The notes: generated by a model from the letters alone, not told the origin. Positions 15,917-24,459 are shown, counted from the stretch's first letter. The stretch is 30,177 bases of DNA from Halalkalibacterium halodurans (GCF_004376175.1 NZ_SNUY01000050.1:1-30177); one strand, 5' to 3'. Program-made: numbers and translations.

Positions 15917-16321
15917 TTATAAAAAACGGCTTCGTTGTTCTTTTGTTGGAATTTGGCATTCGTCTCGCTTTCCAAACCATTTGTAGCGATTTCGTGCCAC
16001 GATCCGATAGATAAAGTCACGCAAAAAGCGCGGAAAGATAACCGCCCATTTTAACCATCGAATCGGAGAGTCTAGCTGCGCTACAATCTTTAAGACAGCA
16101 TCTGAGCATACAAACGCTTGCCCTTCCATAATAAGGACAACCGAATCAGTGGATCGATCGATGGAGTGCTTCTCTAGCAGCTCTTGGCCGACCTCAGATT
16201 GCAAGGAGGCAAATTGAAACGTAGCTTGTGGGTCTCGTTTGATGATGAATTGCACCCAATAGTTGCAAAAGTTGCAAACACCGTCAAACAATATAATTGA
16301 TGGCAACATTTGATCCCTCAT
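15917..16321 (-). CDS. Thiol-disulfide oxidoreductase DCC family protein (DUF393, YuxK-like)
   Basis: ILFDGVCNFCNYWVQFIIKRDP contains the family-defining DxxCxxC motif near the N-terminus. Confidence 0.85.
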   Translation of the reverse strand: MRDQMLPSIILFDGVCNFCNYWVQFIIKRDPQATFQFASLQSEVGQELLEKHSIDRSTDSVVLIMEGQAFVCSDAVLKIVAQLDSPIRWLKWAVIFPRFLRDFIYRIVARNRYKWFGKRDECQIPTKEQRSRFL

Positions 16322-16460
16322 CCTTCTTCCCCCTCTCTCTTCATTATACCACCTTCTACTTGCATCAAACGTTTGACAAAGGAGGGAAGTTCTGTTGCGT
16401 GATCCTGTTTATATGGGATAATAAAAGCAGGATGTAAAAGCTCTTAGGAGGGATACGTCG

Positions 16461-17246
16461 ATGCCAGGACCTTACAACGAAATAGATGTAGCGATTTCGT
16501 ACATCCACAATCACCTGTATGAACCGCTCTCCCTTTCTCATATCGCTTCCTATGTGGGCTATAGCAGTTATCATTTTTCCCGTTTATTTAAAGAAAAAAC
16601 GGGTCTTTCCCCTCTCTATTATGTTTCTTCCCTCCGGTTGCAAAAAGCCAAGGAGTTGCTGCTAAACACAAACTTAACTGTTCGTGACATCGGGCTTGAA
16701 ATCGGTCAACAAAGCTTAGGAACGTTCACGACCCGATTTACGAAATGTGTAGGCATGAGCCCTTCTCACTTTCGCGAATCTATGAATCAAGTGAACCATT
16801 CGCTCCATTCCTTACAAATGCTTTCGGATTGGCGCACTTCCTTACAATCCATCAGGCCATTTTCTACCGTGACAGGCACGATCGATTCTGAGGCCCCGCT
16901 TGAAGGGTTTATCTTAATTGGCCTCTTTTCCAAGCCTATTCCAGAGGGTCTTCCGTTATATGGAAATCTCCTTTCATCAACTGGTGCGTTTTCTTTTATC
17001 GGAGTCAAACCCGGAATCTATTATTTAATGGCCACGTCCATTTCATGGTCTATGCAGGCTAAAGATATCCTACTACCTTATACAACGCTACGCGGACGGA
17101 TTAAAGAGCCGATCATCGTGACTGAGTCCCCTTCCATCCTAGAATACTCCCTGACGCTCCACACACCACGACTTGATGATCCACCTATTTTAATTTCTCT
17201 ACCACTGCTCATGAAAAATTTTTTAAAAGCACGCATTGCAACATAG
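16461..17246 (+). CDS. AraC/XylS family transcriptional regulator with an N-terminal HTH and an uncharacterised C-terminal domain
   Basis: LSLSHIASYVGYSSYHFSRLFKEKTGLSPLYYVSSLRLQKAKELLLNTNLTVRDIGLEIGQQSLGTFTTRFTKCVGMSPSHFR is a double HTH_AraC. It is divergent from the DCC gene. Confidence 0.85.
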   Translation: MPGPYNEIDVAISYIHNHLYEPLSLSHIASYVGYSSYHFSRLFKEKTGLSPLYYVSSLRLQKAKELLLNTNLTVRDIGLEIGQQSLGTFTTRFTKCVGMSPSHFRESMNQVNHSLHSLQMLSDWRTSLQSIRPFSTVTGTIDSEAPLEGFILIGLFSKPIPEGLPLYGNLLSSTGAFSFIGVKPGIYYLMATSISWSMQAKDILLPYTTLRGRIKEPIIVTESPSILEYSLTLHTPRLDDPPILISLPLLMKNFLKARIAT

Positions 17247-17315
17247 CAATTAAGAAGAAATCACACACTGCCATTCTTGCTAAAATGACACTATCATTCA
17301 TAAAGAGGTGATTTG

Positions 17316-17762
17316 ATGATTTTAACTATGAATCCTTACTTGATGTTAGATGGGGATGGGCAGGCTGCTATCGAATTTTATCAAGATGCATTAAACGCGG
17401 AAGTGATAATGATTCAAACGTATGGGGATTTACCTGAGCAACCAGACTCTCCTATGGCATCTGTAAACAAAGACCTGATCCTTCATGCTCATTTAAAGCT
17501 AGGTGAGATGGACCTGATGATATCTGACCAATGTCTTGATGTTGATCCTGAACGCTTTCCGCAGCAAAGTGGATCTCCCGTCACTATCGCTCTGACAACG
17601 AACAATGTAGAAATGACAACGGAAGTTTTTCAAAAATTAGCTTCAGGAGGAAAAGAAATCGCTCCACTTGAGAAAACATTTTTCAGCCCACTGTATGGTC
17701 AAGTAATTGATAAGTTTGGTATCACGTGGCACGTAACAACACAAGAGGAAAGCTCCAACTAG
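17316..17762 (+). CDS. PhnB-like / VOC-superfamily protein (3-demethylubiquinone-9 3-methyltransferase-domain type)
   Basis: MNPYLMLDGDGQAAIEFYQDALNAEV ... HAHLKLGEMDLMISD ... FGITWHV is a typical PhnB-like pattern. SD GAGGTGA lies 4-5 nt before the ATG at 17316. Confidence 0.7.
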   Translation: MILTMNPYLMLDGDGQAAIEFYQDALNAEVIMIQTYGDLPEQPDSPMASVNKDLILHAHLKLGEMDLMISDQCLDVDPERFPQQSGSPVTIALTTNNVEMTTEVFQKLASGGKEIAPLEKTFFSPLYGQVIDKFGITWHVTTQEESSN

Positions 17763-17839
17763 ACTGGTTCACAAGATGCACCCCAGCTGCATCACGTCAG
17801 CCTCCTTCGGTATCAAAACATGATTGGAAGTGATCGTCC

Positions 17840-18256
17840 ATGAAACCTGTGATTCAATTTGTTGGCGGCCATAACATTGCGCTAAAGATTCCTAAGTTCA
17901 AGTATGAAGAAACGGTTCGGTTTTATCACGACATTTTGCGTCTCCCTTACCTAGGTCAAGAACAAGGATCTTATAAATTTCAACTAGTTCCCTCTACCCT
18001 ATGGCTCGATTGCATGGATAACTACTCGCAACAAGATGTGTGGCTCGAGGTGCAGACAGATGACCTTGAGGTCGCGTCAAATCATTTAAACGAGTGCGGA
18101 GTTGACCGAAGAGATGAAGTGGAAATCCATGAAGGTGCAGCCGGTTACTGGATTTCTGATCCGTGTGGCACGATTTTACGGGTGAACCCACAAAGAGAAG
18201 GGGGATTAAATGAAGACGATTCTTTTCATTCATTGTGCAGGTTCTCAAAGAAGTGA
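17840..18256 (+). CDS. Glyoxalase/bleomycin-resistance (VOC) fold-like small protein
   Basis: HNIALKIPKFKYEETVRFYHDILRLPYL ... GYWISDPCGTILRV resembles a single VOC module. The C-terminal 15 codons overlap the next gene. Confidence 0.55.
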   Translation: MKPVIQFVGGHNIALKIPKFKYEETVRFYHDILRLPYLGQEQGSYKFQLVPSTLWLDCMDNYSQQDVWLEVQTDDLEVASNHLNECGVDRRDEVEIHEGAAGYWISDPCGTILRVNPQREGGLNEDDSFHSLCRFSKK

Positions 18257-18749
18257 TGACCTTGTCTATTATTTAAAGCAATCCCTCCGTTCGGAACATA
18301 ACGTAGCGTATCCCGAAATGCCCAATCCGGAAGCACCTGAATACGATCAATGGGTCAAACAAGTAGAGAAAGAGCTTTCGTTCATCGATGGAGAGGTTAT
18401 CCTTGTCGGCCATTCCCTTGGGGGCGCTGTTCTCGTCAAATATCTCTCAGAAAAATCTCCTCCTCTTCCACAGGTTACAGGGCTGTACCTCATTGCACCT
18501 CCCTTTTGGGGCCGGGACGAAGAATGGCAAAACGAGGCGTTTACTATAACAGATCCATCTACACTTCTCTCAATCGACCGAGTCGTTCTTTATCATAGTC
18601 GCAGTGACCATGTCGTCCCATCCTCACATCAAACATTTTATAGAGAAATCTTTCCCAACGCTATCATACGCACACTAAACGGGAACGATCATTTCTTTAT
18701 CGGTGGGTTGCCTGAGCTTGTCGCCGATCTTAAACAAGGTAAATCCTAA
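18210..18749 (+). CDS. Alpha/beta hydrolase, YdeN/RBBP9-type serine hydrolase
   Basis: MKTILFIHCAGS ... the nucleophile elbow VGHSLGG ... a late DH motif (NGNDHFF). SD GAAGGGGGA lies upstream of the ATG at 18210. Confidence 0.75.
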   Translation: MKTILFIHCAGSQRSDDLVYYLKQSLRSEHNVAYPEMPNPEAPEYDQWVKQVEKELSFIDGEVILVGHSLGGAVLVKYLSEKSPPLPQVTGLYLIAPPFWGRDEEWQNEAFTITDPSTLLSIDRVVLYHSRSDHVVPSSHQTFYREIFPNAIIRTLNGNDHFFIGGLPELVADLKQGKS

Positions 18750-18751
18750 GG

Positions 18752-18777
18752 GTCATGCGCGGAGCATGGCTTTTTTT
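18752..18777 (+). terminator. Rho-independent terminator after the hydrolase gene
   Basis: GTCATGC-GCGGA-GCATGGC followed by TTTTTTT. Confidence 0.75.
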
Positions 18778-18837
18778 ATGTTATGGACAGAAAATATATT
18801 TATTTTGGAAAATACATAAGTAAAACACGCAAACACC

Positions 18838-18896
18838 TTGCTTAAATCGCGCAATATCACTTATAATTACTTATAACAAATTAACAATACTTATGA
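18838..18896 (+). promoter_or_regulatory. Sigma-A-type promoter overlapped by three helically phased ACTTAT(A/G)A direct repeats (candidate DeoR operator)
   Basis: The -35 TTGCTT is at 18838-18843, followed by a 17-18 nt spacer and TTATAAT at 18861-18867. The repeats are ACTTATAA 18859-18866, ACTTATAA 18869-18876 and ACTTATGA 18889-18896, with offsets of 10 and 20 nt. Confidence 0.5.
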
Positions 18897-18903
18897 GTTG
18901 GTG

Positions 18904-19683
18904 ATGAATTTGTACCAAGATGAGCGTTTGCCGTTAATTTTAGAGGAATTAAAGAAACATCAGCGCATTACCGTTGAACAAATTTGCGCACGTTTTGGAG
19001 TATCACGAGATACAGCCCGTCGTGATCTTGTAAAGCTAGAAGAACAAAAAGTAATTATCCGCACGCGAGGCGGCGCGATCCTTCCGTCTGCCCACCAAGA
19101 AGTGAAAGGCTATCACCAACGATTAGAAACGGTCTCAAAAGAAAAAAAGCAGATCGGCGAAAAAGCAGCATCTTTTATTCATGAAGGTGATCGTTTAATC
19201 CTTGATACATCTACAACAGTTCAAGCCCTTGCTGATTTTTTTCCAAATGTTCGCTGTACAATTGTGACAAACTCAATCAATCTCGCAGACCTTTTGTCAG
19301 CAAAAAAGCACGCAGACATCCAATTACTTGGCGGTAAACTTGAGAAGAAACACCGTTACTTGTATGGAGCTTCCGTAATTGAAAGGCTACGTTCGTATTA
19401 TGTCGACAAATTGTTTTTAGGGGTTGTAGGCATTTCCGAGCATGGGCTTACGATTGCCCACGAGGAAGATGGCATGGTGAAACGAACAATGCTCCAGCAA
19501 GCAAAGCAAAAAATCGTGTTAGCCGATCATTCAAAAATTGGCGTTACTGATTATTTCAAGCTTGCTGACTTATCCGATATTGATGTCTTGATCACGGACC
19601 GGTCCCCACCTTATTCGTTTCATCAATTATTACAGCAACATGGTGTGGAGCTTGTCATCACAGGGGAGGAGACTGAAGAATGA
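18904..19683 (+). CDS. DeoR family transcriptional regulator (sugar-phosphate-sensing type)
   Basis: The N-terminal DeoR HTH is ERLPLILEELKKHQRITVEQICARFGVSRDTARRDLVKLEEQKVIIRTRGGA. The C-terminal DeoR sensor domain includes ILDTSTT and LADHSK. The start could be ATG 18904, GTG 18901 or TTG 18898. Confidence 0.88.
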   Translation: MNLYQDERLPLILEELKKHQRITVEQICARFGVSRDTARRDLVKLEEQKVIIRTRGGAILPSAHQEVKGYHQRLETVSKEKKQIGEKAASFIHEGDRLILDTSTTVQALADFFPNVRCTIVTNSINLADLLSAKKHADIQLLGGKLEKKHRYLYGASVIERLRSYYVDKLFLGVVGISEHGLTIAHEEDGMVKRTMLQQAKQKIVLADHSKIGVTDYFKLADLSDIDVLITDRSPPYSFHQLLQQHGVELVITGEETEE

Positions 19684-20558
19684 AAAAGTTGATCGCCATC
19701 GATTTGGACGGAACGTTACTTAACGAGAAGAGCACAATTAGCGAAGAAAACATGGAATCGTTACAAAGGGCGCAAGAGGCTGGCATGGAAGTGGTGATCG
19801 CGACAGGAAGAGCTTACTTTGATGTTGTAGACCTTTTAAAGCCAACAGGCATGCATCCATGGGTGATCGGGGCCAACGGCGCAACGATCCATGATCCAAC
19901 AGGAAGGCGATTGCTTTCAATTCCCCTTGAGCATAAACAGGCGATTGAGATTTTACATTGGCTAGAAGGAAACCATTTTTACTACGAGGTGTTTAGCGAT
20001 GAAGCGATTTTCACACCACAAAACGGACGGGAGCTGCTTGCCATCGAAATGGATCGGCTTGTAAGCGCGAATCCGCAAACAGACCTTGGCACGTTATCCC
20101 AAGCAGCCGCAAAACAATTCAGTCAAACGGGGTTTTCATATGTCTCATCTTATCGTGACTTGCTTGATACTGAAGTGAACATCTACAATATTCTCGCCTT
20201 TTCCTTTGATGAACACAAATTAGCAAAAGGTTGGGATCGCTTTAAACAAACGGATAACTTAACGCTCGTCACATCAGCTGAGCACAACTTCGAGCTTGAA
20301 CATCCACTCGCCTCAAAGGGTAACGCCTTAACATGGTTAGCTAAACATTTGCACATCCCCCTAGAACATACAGTGGCGATCGGTGATAGCATGAATGACT
20401 ACTCGATGATCACAATCGCTGGCTACAGTATCGCCATGGGAAATGCCCGTGCCGAAATTAAACAGATCTCCCACGAGGTCACTTTATCAAACTATGAGCA
20501 TGGGGTTTCCCACTCCATCGAACGACTGCTTGCCGCAAAGCGGTTGGGACAAAACTAG
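19680..20558 (+). CDS. Cof-type HAD-IIB family sugar phosphatase
   Basis: HAD motif I is IAIDLDGTLL, motif II is VIATGR, and motifs III/IV are GDSMNDYSM. The ATGA start/stop overlap with the DeoR gene indicates an operon. Confidence 0.9.
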   Translation: MKKLIAIDLDGTLLNEKSTISEENMESLQRAQEAGMEVVIATGRAYFDVVDLLKPTGMHPWVIGANGATIHDPTGRRLLSIPLEHKQAIEILHWLEGNHFYYEVFSDEAIFTPQNGRELLAIEMDRLVSANPQTDLGTLSQAAAKQFSQTGFSYVSSYRDLLDTEVNIYNILAFSFDEHKLAKGWDRFKQTDNLTLVTSAEHNFELEHPLASKGNALTWLAKHLHIPLEHTVAIGDSMNDYSMITIAGYSIAMGNARAEIKQISHEVTLSNYEHGVSHSIERLLAAKRLGQN

Positions 20559-20740
20559 CCAACAGCAATAAAGAAGGTTCGGGTCATTTTATTTTGATGA
20601 TCCGAACTTTTTTTCTATTGATTTACGGGTCGTCGGTTGTTTGATGTCCAGAAAAAACAGATGTATGCCCATCGTTCATTGTCAAAATCACGAGACGCCT
20701 GCGGTAAGCAAGTGGTTTTTGACACAATCAACCCCCTATA
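20548..20740 (+). repeat. Structured intergenic repeat, copy B (short form; partner at 13056-13337)
   Basis: GACAAAACTAGCCAA 20548-20562, GTCAAAATCACGAGACGCCTGCGG 20681-20704 and CAATCAACCCC 20725-20735 are identical to the reverse complement of copy A. The first block includes the stop codon of the HAD gene. Confidence 0.8.
20577..20614 (+). terminator. Rho-independent terminator of the DeoR-HAD operon (part of repeat copy B)
   Basis: GTTCGGGTCAT-TTTATTTT-GATGATCCGAAC followed by TTTTTTT. Confidence 0.8.
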
Positions 20741-20843
20741 TGTTTTGTCCCAGCTCTCTTTTCTTTTCTATCCCCCACTTCCCTCCCTCCAAAGTCAATC
20801 GAACCCGTCACGAACTTGTTGGAAAATCGTTTTTACTTTGTCC

Positions 20844-20873
20844 TTGACGGTTATGTCCCTCTTTCGTTAAGAT
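20844..20873 (+). promoter_or_regulatory. Candidate sigma-A promoter for glcT
   Basis: TTGACG at 20844-20849, an 18-nt spacer, and TAAGAT at 20868-20873, about 65 nt upstream of the glcT start. Confidence 0.4.
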
Positions 20874-20938
20874 GATGGCTATACGAAAGACATGGGGCTA
20901 ATGGTTCGGTTAAAACGATTTTGGTAGGAGGAGCCACA

Positions 20939-21769
20939 ATGCTAGTAGTCAAAAAAGCCTTGAATAATAACGTCTTGATTGCCGAACACCCGAGTTATGA
21001 CGAAGTCGTTTTGATCGGAAAAGGTCTAGGCTTTGGCAAGAGGCCGGGAGATGAAGTCGCAGGCGAAAGCGCTGAAAAATTTTTTGTATTGAAGGATGCG
21101 AAGGAACAAGAGCAATACAAACAGTTGCTCGATTACGTCGACGAATCCTTTATCGGGTTCATGAATGACGCCATCGAACGAATTGAAGAACGCTTTCAGG
21201 TTCGGCTACACGAGCATATTCATGTGGCATTGACCGACCACTTATTTTATGCCATTAAACGAATTAATCAAGGGTTTGACATTAAAAATCCATTTTTAAC
21301 CGAAACTGAACTAGCGTATCCGAAAGAATTTGATGTGGCCACAGAGATTATCCAAGCGTTAGAAGCGGCTTTTCACATTTCCATTCCACCAGGGGAAATA
21401 GGATTTGTTGCTCTTCATATCCATAGCGCGCTAACGAGACGCTCGCTTGAGGAAGTCAATCAACATACTAGGCTCATAAGTGAGCTCGTCTATGTCATTG
21501 AAACCTCGCTTGAGCTGACGATCGATCGGCAGCACGTCGATTATCTCCGGCTTGTTCGTCACCTCCATCACGCAATCGAGCGGATTCAAAAAGGAGAGTA
21601 TAACGACAATCAAGAACGATTAAAAAAAATCTTGAAAGAAGAATATCCAGTATGCTACAATCTTTCATACAAGCTGATTAAAATTATGCAACAGTCGTTA
21701 AAGAAAGCGATTCCAGATGCTGAAGCCGTTTATTTAACCTTACACCTTCAGCGTCTTGCAAAAGAATAA
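20939..21769 (+). CDS. glcT: PRD-containing BglG/SacY-family transcriptional antiterminator GlcT
   Basis: MLVVKKALNNNVLIAEHPSYDEVVLIGKGLGFGKRPGD is the CAT RNA-binding domain. Two PRD regions with conserved His follow (HEHIHVALTDH, FVALHIHSAL, LTLHLQR). SD GGAGGAG lies 6 nt before the ATG at 20939. The gene sits directly upstream of ptsG with a RAT site between them. Confidence 0.92.
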   Translation: MLVVKKALNNNVLIAEHPSYDEVVLIGKGLGFGKRPGDEVAGESAEKFFVLKDAKEQEQYKQLLDYVDESFIGFMNDAIERIEERFQVRLHEHIHVALTDHLFYAIKRINQGFDIKNPFLTETELAYPKEFDVATEIIQALEAAFHISIPPGEIGFVALHIHSALTRRSLEEVNQHTRLISELVYVIETSLELTIDRQHVDYLRLVRHLHHAIERIQKGEYNDNQERLKKILKEEYPVCYNLSYKLIKIMQQSLKKAIPDAEAVYLTLHLQRLAKE

Positions 21770-21784
21770 CTGGCATTATTCTTT

Positions 21785-21813
21785 CCGTGTTACTGGTTAT
21801 GCAGGCATGAGAG
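21785..21813 (+). promoter_or_regulatory. RAT (ribonucleic antiterminator) element, the GlcT binding site
   Basis: CCGTGTTACTGGTTATGCAGGCATGAGAG closely resembles, from memory, the B. subtilis ptsG RAT (GTGTTACTGATTCGATCAGGCATGAG). It overlaps the 5' arm of the terminator that follows. Confidence 0.8.
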
Positions 21814-21898
21814 AAAGGAAAAGGTGCAGACTATAGAGATAAGGAGGAGACTCCTATCTTTATGGCTGTGTCTTCCCCCCTTTCCCTCATGCCTTTTT
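21804..21898 (+). terminator. Conditional terminator of the ptsG leader (long interrupted stem)
   Basis: GGCATGAGAGAAAGG (21804-21818) pairs with CCTTTCCCTCATGCC (21879-21893) and is followed by TTTTT. An inner hairpin is GATAAGGAG-GAGA-CTCCTATC. Confidence 0.8.
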
Positions 21899-21945
21899 GT
21901 TGTGTGATTTTTTTCGGTTTGTAACATCTAAAGGAGGTTTTCTTC

Positions 21946-23973
21946 ATGTTTAAAAAATCATTCGGCGTTTTGCAACGCGTCGGAAAAGCGCTCATGCTAC
22001 CGGTCGCTTTACTGCCGGCAGCTGGGATTTTGCTCGCTTTTGGTGACGCGCTCCAAAACCCTGATATGACGGAGCGTTTTCCGTTTTTAACGGCAGATTG
22101 GATCGTGATCATTGCCGAACTTATGCAAAATGCAGGGGACATTGTCTTCGCAAATCTCGCCCTTCTTTTCGCCGTTGGGGTCGCCATCGGTCTTTCGAAT
22201 GGAGACGGGGTCGCTGGACTTGCTGCGTTAATCGGGTATTTGATCATCAACGTAACAATGAGCGTTATCGGGCATGTTACACCTGAAATGGTCGGAGATA
22301 GCCCAGCTTATGCAAGCGTACTTGGCATTCCAACGCTACAAACAGGGGTATTCGGTGGAATCATTGCCGGCCTTCTCGGTGCGTATATGTACAAGAAATA
22401 CTTTAATATTGAATTACCGTCATACTTAGGTTTCTTTGCGGGAAAACGATTTGTTCCAATCGCAACAGCCTTTTTCTCCTTATTCGTCGGGGTGCTCTTA
22501 CACTTTATTTGGCCGACCGTTCAGGATGGCTTAAACGCATTCTCTTATTACATGACGGAGTCAAACCGTACGGTTGCAGCGTTTATCTTTGGTGTCATTG
22601 AGCGTGCTCTGATTCCGTTCGGACTTCATCACATTTTCTACTCGCCATTCTGGTTTGAGTTTGGTCAGTATACGAACGCCGCTGGTGAAATTGTACGTGG
22701 GGACCAACGGATCTTCTTTGCGCAAATTCGTGATGGTGCTGAGCTGACAGCTGGTACGTTCATGGCAGGTAAATTCCCGTTCATGATGTTCGGTCTTCCA
22801 GCTGCTGCACTTGCGATTTACCATTGCGCACGTCCTGAAAACAAAAAAGTTGTTGCTGGTATTATGGCATCTGCAGCCCTTACTTCGTTTTTAACAGGGA
22901 TTACAGAGCCTATTGAATTTAGTTTCTTATTTGTAGCGCCATTATTGTTTGCCGTGCATACCATTTTCGCTGGTCTTTCATTTATGATCATGCACATTTT
23001 GGACATTAAGATTGGGATGACTTTCTCTGGAGGGGTCATTGACTTTATCCTTTACGGAGTCCTTCCAAACAGAACCGCTTGGTGGCTTGTGATTCCGATT
23101 GGATTAGTGTTCTCAGTCATTTACTACTTCGGGTTCCGCTTTGCAATCAAGAAATTTAACCTTATGACTCCTGGTCGCGAAGAACCAACGGAAGAAGATG
23201 GAGCTGGGGCTGAAGTAGATAAAAACTCTCTTCCATTCAATGTCCTTGAAGCTCTTGGTGGCAAGGAAAACTTAACAAACTTAGATGCGTGCATAACGCG
23301 ATTACGCGTGAACGTCAAAGATGCGAAAAATGTTGACAAAAATCGTCTGAAGAAATTAGGCGCCTCTGGTGTGATGGAAGTGGGGAACAGCATTCAAGCG
23401 ATCTTCGGCCCACGTTCTGATCAAATTAAAACGCAAATTCAAGACATTCTTGATGGTAAAACACCAGTCGTTACTGAAGAAACACCTGATGAAGCGCAAG
23501 TCGCTCCGGTTGCAGGCGACATCTCTTTCGCCATGCCGATTGAAGGAAAGCTTCTTGATCTAAGCGACGTACCAGATGAAGTGTTTTCGAAAAAAATGAT
23601 GGGCGACGGCTTTGCGATTGAACCGACAGAAGGTATTGTCTATGCGCCATTTGACGGAAAAGTAAGTACGATCTTCCCGACAAAACACGCGATTGGCTTA
23701 ACGACAGATACTGGAAAAGAAGTGCTCATCCATATCGGTATCGATACGGTTAACTTAAAAGGGGAAGGATTCACTGCCCATGTCGAGCAAGATGACATTG
23801 TTCAACAAGGTCAAAAGCTTATGAGCTTCGACCTAGATGTGATTAATGAAAAAGCGAAATCAGCGATCACGCCGATTATTTTTACTAACCTTGCCGAAGG
23901 AGAGCACATCACGCTTCATACATCTGGTGAGCAAAAAGCAAACACAGAAAACATTCTTTCCATTAAACAATAG
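21946..23973 (+). CDS. ptsG: PTS glucose-specific transporter, fused EIICBA
   Basis: The EIIC membrane domain includes GILLAFG and ITEPIEF. The EIIB motif is [11 protein letters not shown], with the phospho-Cys. The EIIA-Glc domain includes the phospho-His region [20 protein letters not shown] lies 8 nt upstream. Confidence 0.95.
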   Translation: MFKKSFGVLQRVGKALMLPVALLPAAGILLAFGDALQNPDMTERFPFLTADWIVIIAELMQNAGDIVFANLALLFAVGVAIGLSNGDGVAGLAALIGYLIINVTMSVIGHVTPEMVGDSPAYASVLGIPTLQTGVFGGIIAGLLGAYMYKKYFNIELPSYLGFFAGKRFVPIATAFFSLFVGVLLHFIWPTVQDGLNAFSYYMTESNRTVAAFIFGVIERALIPFGLHHIFYSPFWFEFGQYTNAAGEIVRGDQRIFFAQIRDGAELTAGTFMAGKFPFMMFGLPAAALAIYHCARPENKKVVAGIMASAALTSFLTGITEPIEFSFLFVAPLLFAVHTIFAGLSFMIMHILDIKIGMTFSGGVIDFILYGVLPNRTAWWLVIPIGLVFSVIYYFGFRFAIKKFNLMTPGREEPTEEDGAGAEVDKNSLPFNVLEALGGKENLTNLDACITRLRVNVKDAKNVDKNRLKKLGASGVMEVGNSIQAIFGPRSDQIKTQIQDILDGKTPVVTEETPDEAQVAPVAGDISFAMPIEGKLLDLSDVPDEVFSKKMMGDGFAIEPTEGIVYAPFDGKVSTIFPTKHAIGLTTDTGKEVLIHIGIDTVNLKGEGFTAHVEQDDIVQQGQKLMSFDLDVINEKAKSAITPIIFTNLAEGEHITLHTSGEQKANTENILSIKQ

Positions 23974-23983
23974 TTATTTATAC

Positions 23984-24016
23984 AGAAACCAAGTTCACCA
24001 CTTGGTTTCTTTTTTT
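23984..24016 (+). terminator. Rho-independent terminator of ptsG
   Basis: AGAAACCAAGT-TCACC-ACTTGGTTTCT followed by TTTTTT. Confidence 0.9.
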
Positions 24017-24459
24017 GCCATAAGACTTTTAATTATCCAATGTTTAGTCTCGATTCAGTAAGGGTACATGTAAAGTGACAGTGATTCATGTATCTCTTTA
24101 CATGGCTTCAATGAGTCACTTTATTTGAACTCCCTTTCCCCACCCACGGAGGGCAACTACAATGTTGCTCTCCCATTTTTATTACTTCGCTTTATCAAAC
24201 CCTTGAAATGGGAGTCTTTTTTGAAATACTTTTTTCAGTTCGGGACTAACCACCACAGACTTCATCACTATACTTCATTAAAAGGTGGTACATTTTTCTT
24301 CAATTCTAAGAAACATGTCCTGTTTTGAGACATTTCTTTAATGTATGTTACAAGTTTCGACATAGAAGATATGCTATCCGACCCTTTTCTGACGGTGATC
24401 GCTCTTGGTAGAATAGGCTGACAGAAAAGAATCTGAATAAAGAAGTGGTGAATGAAAAC

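Noticed and set aside
20637-20870. Two overlapping 68-77-aa ORFs upstream of glcT
   Set aside because: They cover the second hairpin of the intergenic repeat and the putative glcT promoter. They have no SD, and the equivalent region of repeat copy A has no corresponding ORF.
21831-22250. 139-aa minus-strand ORF, plus other short ORFs inside 22098-23683
   Set aside because: They are antisense or out of frame within ptsG. The first also spans the RAT/terminator leader. None has a family signal or an SD.
24125-24328. 67-aa TTG-initiated ORF in the mreBH upstream region (and the ORF at 23846-24061)
   Set aside because: It has no SD and crosses hairpin/T-run structures. The other ORF overlaps the ptsG 3' end and its terminator.
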